Virus record (IMG/VR): IMGVR_UViG_3300035565_000044
Span: 1-64,000 of that record
Strand: one strand, 5' to 3'
DNA length: 64,000 nt
From: a virus
This document shows, piece by piece, positions 47,445 through 54,470 of the stretch; within the stretch, counting starts at the first letter, position 1; each line of letters starts with the position of its first letter. The notes under the pieces are model-generated. The model did no database searches, was not told the origin of the DNA, and worked only from the letters and a program-made list of their open reading frames with translations. Both the position numbers and the translations under genes were made by a program.

Positions 47445-48095
47445 GTGATGAGGATGGACTTGACTCTAATGAGGCAAATAGAGGAAACGGCAGTAGAGAT
47501 ATCAATGGAGCCACGGTGGCAAGACGCTACGGCCGAAAGGATAATGAAAGCCAAGAAGGCTGAACGGCAGGTCCATGAAAATATAGTATATGGTACAAAC
47601 GGTTTTCCTACTGGTGAGAATCGTAGAGAAATTTATTCTGCTTTGGACACTCTTTACAGGCGTAACCCACCGATGATCTTAAAAGAAGAGTGGGAAGCTG
47701 GTTGCCATTTCTTATTTATATATAGAAAATCAGAACAGCATACAAGAACTACAATGAAATGGGTAGCTCAAGTGGATGGAGGCGTTTATGCGCCAGACCC
47801 GCTAGAGTTTAAAGAGTTCTCAATTAAAGAACTCTATTCAGCTAGCAAGTCAGTCCATCCCCAGGGGCGTACAGCCCTTACATGGCTTATAGAAAACGAA
47901 TGGCATGATATGAGCCTCGTTGACCTTGGAAGCCAATACCCTGGACCACAGGGAAGGGACGCCCAAAGAGAACGAGGCCGAGTCTATCTGCGGCTGGCGC
48001 TTAACGATTTAGGGAAGTACTTCGGATTTATTTCCCCCAATAACGCTTGGGATACCAGGAGGTTTCTGGAGCAATTATTGGGGAAGAGGCGTTAG
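47445..48095 (+). CDS. Putative transcription regulator (DUF6456-like)
   Basis: EAG..F, T.KW, and a C-terminal LRLAL..L..YFG helix. Confidence 0.55.
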   Translation: MMRMDLTLMRQIEETAVEISMEPRWQDATAERIMKAKKAERQVHENIVYGTNGFPTGENRREIYSALDTLYRRNPPMILKEEWEAGCHFLFIYRKSEQHTRTTMKWVAQVDGGVYAPDPLEFKEFSIKELYSASKSVHPQGRTALTWLIENEWHDMSLVDLGSQYPGPQGRDAQRERGRVYLRLALNDLGKYFGFISPNNAWDTRRFLEQLLGKRR

Positions 48096-48457
48096 CGGTT
48101 CTTGTTCCTATTATATATGGTTTCTAGCGCAGTTATAGATTCGCTAGATAAGGCTTCTTTGAAAATCTCAATAAGCTTTTCATTGTTAGGAGTTTCCTTT
48201 TCGGTAGGGGCTGAGTCCCTGAGCGACACAGCCACCTTTGCCACCACGCCCCCAGCATAGTAGCACAGAGCGCAAATAACTTCGTTGTAGTCGCTCCCCC
48301 TTCTCTCCTCAGAATCAAGCCACCTAAGGGCAGACTCTAGCATGTGTTTACGGGCGCGTCCTACGAGCGCGACCTGTTCGCTATCGCTGAGGCTATCTTG
48401 GTGGGCTGACTCCACCGCCGCAACGATCATTTCATCAAGCTGCTTTTCAATGTCCAT
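48092..48457 (-). CDS. Hypothetical protein
   Basis: RBS GAGGAG before MDIEKQ. Confidence 0.6.
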   Translation of the reverse strand: MDIEKQLDEMIVAAVESAHQDSLSDSEQVALVGRARKHMLESALRWLDSEERRGSDYNEVICALCYYAGGVVAKVAVSLRDSAPTEKETPNNEKLIEIFKEALSSESITALETIYNRNKNR

Positions 48458-48512
48458 ATTTTTCTCCTCTAACCCCTTGTATCCGTTACGGACGTTCGTT
48501 GCAAATGAGAAA

Positions 48513-48528
48513 AGTTTCACGTGGAGCA
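48513..48528. promoter_or_regulatory. parS-like palindrome 9
   Basis: AGTTTCACGTGGAGCA. Confidence 0.55.
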
Positions 48529-48537
48529 TTTTCCTCG

Positions 48538-48566
48538 TTGACATGGGGTTAATTAGGGCTTAATTA
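48538..48566 (+). promoter_or_regulatory. Promoter of the Y-RNA cluster with an embedded CtrA-type box
   Basis: TTGACA-N17-TAATTA; TTAA-TTAGGGC-TTAA at 48549-48563. Confidence 0.6.
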
Positions 48567-48576
48567 TCTCTTCACA

Positions 48577-48642
48577 GCCGGTGGCTAGGAAGTCGATTAC
48601 AACGTCTTGTGAACGCTAACATCGCCTCCGCTTTCCCCCGGC
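48577..48642 (+). ncRNA. Y-RNA-like gene 1 (minimal)
   Basis: Closing stem GCCGG/CCGGC; shared GTGGCTAG..CGATTAC..ATCG..CGCTTTCCC scaffold; upstream of the Ro60 gene. Confidence 0.75.
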
Positions 48643-48652
48643 GTCTGAATTT

Positions 48653-48790
48653 TTGTGTCGTGGCTAGGGATACGATTACATCTTCTATAGACAAGAAGAC
48701 TTGCTTGGTTCGATTCCGAGCTCCCCCACCATCTACGGGGGAGTGTCCAGGGTGGACAGTCGTTATCGTCCCCGCTTTTTCCCGACGCAA
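48653..48790 (+). ncRNA. Y-RNA-like gene 2 (YrlA-like, permuted tRNA domain)
   Basis: Same scaffold; T arm CTTGG-TTCGATT-CCGAG, acceptor-like stem CTCCCCC/GGGGGAG, D-like arm. Confidence 0.85.
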
Positions 48791-48797
48791 CTTAATT

Positions 48798-48937
48798 CAG
48801 TGGAGTGGCTAGATTTCCGATTACAACGATAGCTCAGTTGGTAGAGCAACAGACTTCATATCTGTAAGTCGTAGGTTCAAACCCTACTCGTTATCCCGTA
48901 AGGGGTAATCCATCGTAAATCGTTTTTCCCTCCACTG
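48798..48937 (+). ncRNA. Y-RNA-like gene 3 with an embedded canonical-order cloverleaf (anticodon TCA)
   Basis: Closing stem CAGTGGAG/CTCCACTG; same scaffold; cloverleaf at 48823-48894. Confidence 0.85.
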
Positions 48938-48946
48938 CTTTAAACA

Positions 48947-48984
48947 GGCGCCGGTTCCTTCGCAAGAGGGGATCGGCGTTTTTT
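48947..48984 (+). terminator. Intrinsic terminator after the Y RNAs
   Basis: GGCGCCGGTTCCTTC-GCAA-GAGGGGATCGGCGTT followed by a T tract. Confidence 0.75.
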
Positions 48985-49000
48985 GTTTGTAATGCGTAAT

Positions 49001-49055
49001 TTACGTCTCGCTTCATAGCGTGTCGTGACGTGCCGCAACTCACCGTAACGTAACG
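49001..49055 (+). repeat. CGY-NN pentamer array 9 (11 units)
   Basis: NN: TA CT TT AG GT GA GC AA AC AA AA; directly upstream of the Ro60 RBS. Confidence 0.9.
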
Positions 49056-49075
49056 TCTTGTAGAAAGGAAAGAAA

Positions 49076-50482
49076 ATGGCTCGTACTAATACTAGGACCA
49101 GAGCGCCACGCCCTCTGACGCATGAAGGCGCTCCAGCCGATAGGATCACAAAAGAGCAAGAGTTGCGCCGCTCTGTGTCTTGCTGCCTGCTTTGGGAGAA
49201 TGAATTCTATGAAAGCGGTGAAGACATTGCTAGCCGCATCAGGCGTCTCGCGCTGGAATGTTCTCCTCAATTTGTGTCTAATCTTGCTATTGATGTTCGC
49301 AATCGTCTTCACCTTCGTCACGTTCCTCTTTGGCTGCTTTGCGCTTTGGCTAAAACTGGAACTGGAATTCCGGGGCTTGTGGGGAATACTGTAGCACAAA
49401 CCATCCAACGCCCAGACGAAATTCCTGAGCTTTTGGCGCAGTATTACAAGGCCAATGGCGTTGCTATTAAGGATAAGGGCGGAAAGATCAACAAGATCAA
49501 GATGCCTAAGCAATTCAAGAATGGTATCGCGCGAGCCTTCACTAAGTTCAACGAGTACTCGCTGGATAAGTGGAACAAAGACGGCGATATCTCCTTGAAA
49601 TACGCCATGCGCGGCGTCCATCCAAAGCCAAAGGATGAGGCTCAGGCTCAGTTGTGGGCTAAGCTTTTGGGTAAGGAAGATAAGGAAACTGGCAAGTCTC
49701 AGAAGCTTAAGACGGCAGATACAGTCATGTCCGCCTTGAGCGCTGGAAAAGAAAAGAAAACAGCAGAAGATAAGAAAACTGTTTTCGAGCGCCAGTTGCG
49801 TGAAGGAAAGATTGGATATTTCGCGTTATTGAAGAACTTGCGCGGGATGGTTGATGCTGGCGTTGACAGGCAGCTCGTTATTGACGCATTGCGCGCTAGG
49901 AAGGGAGACAAGGGAATTTTGCCGTTTCGCTATGTTTCCGCTGCGCGGGCGGCGCCAACGTATGAACCATATGTTGATGAAGCTCTTCAGCACGCGATTA
50001 AGAGCAGCAGGGAACTTCCAGGGCATACTTGGGTGCTTGTTGACGTTAGCGGCTCCATGGACGCCAGTATCTCTGCAAAGAGTGATCTTAGCCGGATAGA
50101 CGCCGCTGCGGCTCTGGCGTCTCTGATTCACGGAGACAGAACAGTTATTACGTTCAGCAATGAAATAAAAGTTGTTCCAAGTCGCCACGGTATGGCTGGA
50201 ATTGAGGCTATTCTCAAGAGCCAGATTCATAGCGGTACTGAGATGGGAAGGGCCATAAAGTATGTGAATGATCGCGCCAAGCCCCAAGATCGGCTTATCG
50301 TGATCACTGACGAACAGAGCGGGGATGTCGTCCCTGATCCAGTTTGCCAGAACGCATACGTCATAAATGTTGCGTCCTACCGCAATGGCGTCAGTTACGG
50401 CCATGGATGGAACCATATTGACGGTTGGAGCGAAGCCGTGATAGATTACATTCATGAGCATGAGGCTACGCTTAAATTGTAG
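49076..50482 (+). CDS. rsr: Ro60/Rsr TROVE-domain RNA-binding protein with a C-terminal vWA domain
   Basis: THEGAPA, LLWENEFYE, LRHVP, QRPDE, F.EY.L.KW, HPKP, ALLKNLR, LPFRY, DVSGSM, ITDEQ and GWSEAV motifs. Confidence 0.93.
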   Translation: MARTNTRTRAPRPLTHEGAPADRITKEQELRRSVSCCLLWENEFYESGEDIASRIRRLALECSPQFVSNLAIDVRNRLHLRHVPLWLLCALAKTGTGIPGLVGNTVAQTIQRPDEIPELLAQYYKANGVAIKDKGGKINKIKMPKQFKNGIARAFTKFNEYSLDKWNKDGDISLKYAMRGVHPKPKDEAQAQLWAKLLGKEDKETGKSQKLKTADTVMSALSAGKEKKTAEDKKTVFERQLREGKIGYFALLKNLRGMVDAGVDRQLVIDALRARKGDKGILPFRYVSAARAAPTYEPYVDEALQHAIKSSRELPGHTWVLVDVSGSMDASISAKSDLSRIDAAAALASLIHGDRTVITFSNEIKVVPSRHGMAGIEAILKSQIHSGTEMGRAIKYVNDRAKPQDRLIVITDEQSGDVVPDPVCQNAYVINVASYRNGVSYGHGWNHIDGWSEAVIDYIHEHEATLKL

Positions 50483-50496
50483 TTTCATGTGAAACT
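50481..50496. promoter_or_regulatory. parS-like palindrome 10
   Basis: AGTTTCATGTGAAACT. Confidence 0.6.
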
Positions 50497-50520
50497 GCTA
50501 CGCCCATAGCATGCTGATAG

Positions 50521-50558
50521 GCCCGCCCCTTGATCGCACCAGGGGGCGGGTTTATTTT
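50521..50558 (+). terminator. Terminator after rsr
   Basis: GCCCGCCCCT..AGGGGGCGGGT followed by TTTATTTT. Confidence 0.65.
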
Positions 50559-50769
50559 ATTTGTTGATGTTTATAGCTGGAGAATTTTGTCCCTTGGTGA
50601 TAGCCACCTGAGCCTTTCTTCCGCTAGTTATATTGATATTCGTATAGCCGTCTTCTGTTGTTATGGTTATCTGAGCCTTGTCTATGATAAACCAAAGTAT
50701 GAAGCTAATCACAGCTATAGCAACTAGACCAGCAACGTACAGGTTGATTGTTGATATGATATCTATCAT
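50557..50769 (-). CDS. Small membrane protein
   Basis: N-terminal transmembrane helix. Confidence 0.55.
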   Translation of the reverse strand: MIDIISTINLYVAGLVAIAVISFILWFIIDKAQITITTEDGYTNINITSGRKAQVAITKGQNSPAININK

Positions 50770-51054
50770 TTATTCTGTCACTCCAGCCTTAAACTCTTCA
50801 AGACACTGCCCCTTTTCCTTAAAATAAAATGGATACGGAGGATGGCAACCATATGGCTGCGGTACGTTATTGCATCCCTTCCGGTTCCATTCATCTATAT
50901 TGTAATATAGATTAGAATCCGCTTGGGCCACACAGAGTTTGTATCTCTGATTAGCCGCCTTTCTCTCGTCAGGAGTAAGACAATCGGCATGGGCGACTCC
51001 GCAGAGCCGCGCCAGAAGAGCCATTATGATTACGGTTCTATTCATTTCGCCCAC
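50770..51054 (-). CDS. Small secreted Cys-containing protein
   Basis: Signal-peptide-like ..VAHA|DC; several cysteines. Confidence 0.55.
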   Translation of the reverse strand: MGEMNRTVIIMALLARLCGVAHADCLTPDERKAANQRYKLCVAQADSNLYYNIDEWNRKGCNNVPQPYGCHPPYPFYFKEKGQCLEEFKAGVTE

Positions 51055-51638
51055 TTGATTTGAACTGGTTTTCCCATACGCAGAAGCGTTATTGCTCTGC
51101 GCTCTATGCCGTCTTCAGATACGAACTTAGCCTCCTCTTTCCACCTTCCATCTTCAAGAGTCCACAGAACATGCGTGCTCGGTACTGGATGCATTTGCGC
51201 AAACAGTTTTCCAAGCGTGGCCATGGGATCGGTGTCTAAACGAGTGGGGGAGGCGTCTGGAGCCTCTACGGCCTTGGCCTTGCCGAACAGGGTTAATTTC
51301 TCCCTTGCTGGCTTCTTGACCGTCACAACAGGACGTGGCGCTGTTGACTTCTTTATTTGGGCTATGCCGCGAACGTAGGGAACGCCTAGCGCGTCCTTAA
51401 GGTCATTCACTGCTCTTACTAGGTCAGCCTTGCCGTTCGTGTGAGCTCTTGAGTCTGTTGTGTTGAGCGTCACATCGATTTCAACTTTGTGCTCAACATC
51501 TTGATAGGTGTAGACGCCGCTGAATTTGGCGGATGCGCCGCGACGTTCGATTATAACTTTGGTTAAATCAAGCTTGTCCTTAGCGTATGAAATTAATTCT
51601 CTCATATGCTTCAGGCTTGAAACGTCAGATTTGGCCAT
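51042..51638 (-). CDS. Hypothetical protein
   Basis: RBS AAGGGA; about 200 aa. Confidence 0.6.
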   Translation of the reverse strand: MAKSDVSSLKHMRELISYAKDKLDLTKVIIERRGASAKFSGVYTYQDVEHKVEIDVTLNTTDSRAHTNGKADLVRAVNDLKDALGVPYVRGIAQIKKSTAPRPVVTVKKPAREKLTLFGKAKAVEAPDASPTRLDTDPMATLGKLFAQMHPVPSTHVLWTLEDGRWKEEAKFVSEDGIERRAITLLRMGKPVQIKWAK

Positions 51639-51755
51639 GATCATCCCTTTCGGACTGTGTTGCACTCTTTCTGTTCGATGTGTAGCCTACGGCATAACGG
51701 TTAAGAAACCGTTACCAATTCCCATTGACCACAACGTTCGTATCGGATATACATT

Positions 51756-52121
51756 ATGTCTAAGTTAAAAGGAAGGGGACTTGTAGAGGAACAGCTCCTC
51801 AAATTAGCCCCTAGCGTAAACGATAGGTTTCGATCCACGTTTGAAGAATCTGAGCTTGGCGCCCGGCGCTTCGCTCACCTCGTGAGATGGAAGATTGAGC
51901 CTAGAGTTCATGTCTCAAAGAATGGATGCGTCACGTTTCGTTTTATAGACATAGGCGTGTCAATGACGGCGTTCATTTTTTTAGATAACAGCGCCTTAGA
52001 TTACAGAGCTAGCATGGAAAGAGAAGGATTTAAATATACTCCGTATTGCCAGGGGATAGACACAATGGTTAATTCATTGTCTATTATTAAGGCGTTTGGG
52101 GTAGATTTATTTACCATATAA
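51756..52121 (+). CDS. Hypothetical protein, first gene of the RAMP operon
   Basis: 121 aa; ends 13 nt before the RAMP-like gene. Confidence 0.5.
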   Translation: MSKLKGRGLVEEQLLKLAPSVNDRFRSTFEESELGARRFAHLVRWKIEPRVHVSKNGCVTFRFIDIGVSMTAFIFLDNSALDYRASMEREGFKYTPYCQGIDTMVNSLSIIKAFGVDLFTI

Positions 52122-52134
52122 GAAAGGAAAGATA

Positions 52135-52737
52135 GTGAAGATTTGTACAGTCATGCTTGAGGGCATTTCCCATTACTCTCAATCTCGCATGCATTCAGAG
52201 CCAGCGTTGGAACAGGAAAGCGCTGACGAGTACGCCAAGCGCACAGCCCTAGACCATTTGCATTTCGACAGCAAAGGGCATGTGTTTATCCCCCCTATGT
52301 CTATCAAGCAAAGCATTGATAACGCTGCGAAATATATGCAGCAAAAGGTTCCTGGAAAGGGACAGGCGACATATACAAAGCATTTTAAAAGCGGATTGGC
52401 GGTTGTTGAGCCTCTTATGCTTTTTGACAGTGAAGGAAACCCTGTCATGAAGAGCGCATCCCCCGTTGAAAAACTATGGCTCAACTCCGATGGAGTCAGG
52501 GGAGGCGGAAAGCGCGTATGGAAGTATTGCCCATATATCCCTTCTGGATGGACAGCCGAGCTTCAGGCTCATATTCTTGACGACACCATAGGCGAAGAAG
52601 TTTTTTTAAATACTCTCGTGAACGCAGGAAGGTTTATTGGGCTTGGAAGGTTCCGCCCCGCTAGTGGGGGATACTATGGACGCTTCACATATAAGCCTGA
52701 TAGCGTCAATTGGGAAGTTCTTAGAAACTTCTTGTAA
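52135..52737 (+). CDS. Stand-alone RAMP/Cas7-like RNA-binding protein
   Basis: N-terminal strand V.LEGISHY; VFIPPMSIKQSI (compare IPxSSxKG of Cas7-group RAMPs); C-terminal G-rich loop AGRFIGLGRFRPASGGYYGRF; RBS AGAAAGGAAAG. Confidence 0.75.
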   Translation: MKICTVMLEGISHYSQSRMHSEPALEQESADEYAKRTALDHLHFDSKGHVFIPPMSIKQSIDNAAKYMQQKVPGKGQATYTKHFKSGLAVVEPLMLFDSEGNPVMKSASPVEKLWLNSDGVRGGGKRVWKYCPYIPSGWTAELQAHILDDTIGEEVFLNTLVNAGRFIGLGRFRPASGGYYGRFTYKPDSVNWEVLRNFL

Positions 52738-52746
52738 GGGCGGACC

Positions 52747-53277
52747 ATGAAAATAGAAGACGAAGACGGTAAGTATAATTATTACGCCGATATCTATGTT
52801 ATACGTGATTTGTTTTCCAAGGTGGAGATTGGGGATACAATAACGTTTTCTCAAATAGAAGAAGTTATGAAGAAACCCGTTGACGGCTCTGTCTACTCCG
52901 CTATTCATCAGGCAAAGATTTTGCTTGAAAGCGAAGATAGAATGGTGTTTGGCAACGTGCGCAGCGTAGGATACAAGCGGCTAACCGATAGCGAAATTAT
53001 AGAATCTTTCGAGCTCGACCGCCGCCGCCTCCGCCGAAGGGCTCAAAGGGCTGCGCGCAGATTGACTAATATAAATGACTACGCCAGCCTCAGCAATGTG
53101 CAGAAGATAACGCATCAGGCGGGGCTAGGCGTCCTAGCGGCAATATCTAGAGTGGCTATGCCTAGGACGGTTGAGGACGTTAAGAAGTCCGTAGCTACGC
53201 TGGAGGCTCCTACTAAGTCAACTCATGCCCCGATTGGGAAGATTTTGGATATCATGAGGGGAAACGTAAAAGATTAG
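52747..53277 (+). CDS. Putative DNA-binding accessory protein downstream of the RAMP gene
   Basis: GDTITFSQIEE and F.NVRSVGYK.L (wing-like), followed by an Arg-rich helix. Confidence 0.65.
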   Translation: MKIEDEDGKYNYYADIYVIRDLFSKVEIGDTITFSQIEEVMKKPVDGSVYSAIHQAKILLESEDRMVFGNVRSVGYKRLTDSEIIESFELDRRRLRRRAQRAARRLTNINDYASLSNVQKITHQAGLGVLAAISRVAMPRTVEDVKKSVATLEAPTKSTHAPIGKILDIMRGNVKD

Positions 53278-53291
53278 TTTCACGTGAAACG
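53276..53291. promoter_or_regulatory. parS-like palindrome 11
   Basis: AGTTTCACGTGAAACG. Confidence 0.75.
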
Positions 53292-53727
53292 GTGGCATAT
53301 GAACTTTTTCGATGGATTCGATAGCCAGGATCGGGCTAAGATAACGAATATCTCATCTAGCCTAGTTGGCTTGATGGTAAAGATTAATGGTTTGGTTAGG
53401 CAACTATCCAACTTTCGGCCAGAGGGACTTATGTCAGCAATTGAAGACCTGCGCGAAGGCGTAAAGAATGCAGTTGGCAAGATCGAAGCGCTTACAAGCC
53501 AGCTTGGTTCCGTGAGTTCGCACGTTGAGACTTTGTTTAAGGAAAACTCAGAGCTCAAAATCCAGCTTGCTGACGCCAATACTCAGCTAGCGGCGCTCAA
53601 GGGAGCGGCTACAGCCCCCGCTGAGGCTCATAGTGAGGTTGAGTTGCAAGACTTAGCCAATCAGCTTAAGGCGGCTGTGACGCCTGCTGTAACAGCTCCT
53701 GATGTCAATCCAGCGCCACAGGCTTAA
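53284..53727 (+). CDS. Coiled-coil protein; start uncertain, possibly 53431
   Basis: Heptad pattern; GAGGGA precedes MSAIEDL. Confidence 0.55.
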   Translation: MKRWHMNFFDGFDSQDRAKITNISSSLVGLMVKINGLVRQLSNFRPEGLMSAIEDLREGVKNAVGKIEALTSQLGSVSSHVETLFKENSELKIQLADANTQLAALKGAATAPAEAHSEVELQDLANQLKAAVTPAVTAPDVNPAPQA

Positions 53728-53729
53728 TG

Positions 53730-53763
53730 AAAAGGGCGCGGTCTCTTGATGGAGCCGCGCCCT
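53730..53763. terminator. Terminator hairpin between convergent transcription units
   Basis: AAGGGCGCGG..CCGCGCCCTT. Confidence 0.65.
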
Positions 53764-53767
53764 TGCT

Positions 53768-54028
53768 TTATGATACTTTCTCAAATAGGTGAGCCACCCA
53801 CCAGCCATCATCTAAAAGAAGAGTTCCTATATAATCGTATCCGTCTTCTATGGGCTTTCCTGTTTCAATAAAAGAGAATATTCTTTCTTCCTTGGGCTGT
53901 TCATCGTCTACGAGAGCCCACATGCAGCCAATGCCGTGTTGTATTCCTAGTTTTATCACCTTAGCCCCTTTGGGCATGGATAAGGTGTTATGCTCATTTC
54001 CTAATTTATATTTTAGTATGGTTTTCAT
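53768..54028 (-). CDS. Phage hypothetical protein
   Basis: K.I.KY.L..MP.GAKV..Q...WALVD..TG..YIGT..V.HLFE pattern. Confidence 0.75.
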   Translation of the reverse strand: MKTILKYKLGNEHNTLSMPKGAKVIKLGIQHGIGCMWALVDDEQPKEERIFSFIETGKPIEDGYDYIGTLLLDDGWWVAHLFEKVS

Positions 54029-54040
54029 CGTCTTTCCTTT

Positions 54041-54295
54041 CTATCTATGGTCATACATATGATAGCGCTGTCTTGTATAATTTGGCTTTGCCTTGAACGT
54101 ATTTAGACCGTTCCTATTCCAAGGCAAAATCCATGCTGGGAGCCAGCGCCAACCTTCCGCCTGACGCCCACGCCATACGCTCCTATCATATAGGTCTGTC
54201 ATGACGCATTCCCACATAGGAAAAACTTCATCTTTCCTATTGCAGTAATCGTCAGATAGTTGATCAGCAATATGCGTAGGAAGGCGCACTCTCAT
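54041..54295 (-). CDS. Hypothetical protein
   Basis: ATGA coupling with the upstream ORF. Confidence 0.55.
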   Translation of the reverse strand: MRVRLPTHIADQLSDDYCNRKDEVFPMWECVMTDLYDRSVWRGRQAEGWRWLPAWILPWNRNGLNTFKAKPNYTRQRYHMYDHR

Positions 54296-54470
54296 TTCTT
54301 TTCCTGTCTTTCGTACTGGCATACGCACTTCATTCGTGGACGCGTAGCCTTAGGGTCTTTCCCGGCGCCATCGATGCAAGCTGAATAGGAAATGTATTTG
54401 TGAATGAGCTCTGGGGGAATGTAGCCTTCAGGCGAGCAATAGAGCGCGTAGGCGACAAGAAGTTCCTTCA

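Noticed and set aside
48653-48790. Permuted tmRNA
   Set aside because: No G3:U70 pair, no tag reading frame and too short; it shares a scaffold with the flanking Y-like RNAs.
48823-48894. tRNA-Sec or evidence of TGA recoding
   Set aside because: It has a short variable loop and ordinary stem lengths. ORFs are intact in the standard code and TGA stops occur in ATGA overlaps.
30870-49055. Pentamer arrays as canonical CRISPR arrays or neutral microsatellites
   Set aside because: There are no 23-47 nt repeats with spacers. Variation is concentrated in two fixed positions per unit, lengths are uniform and orientation tracks transcription, unlike neutral satellites.
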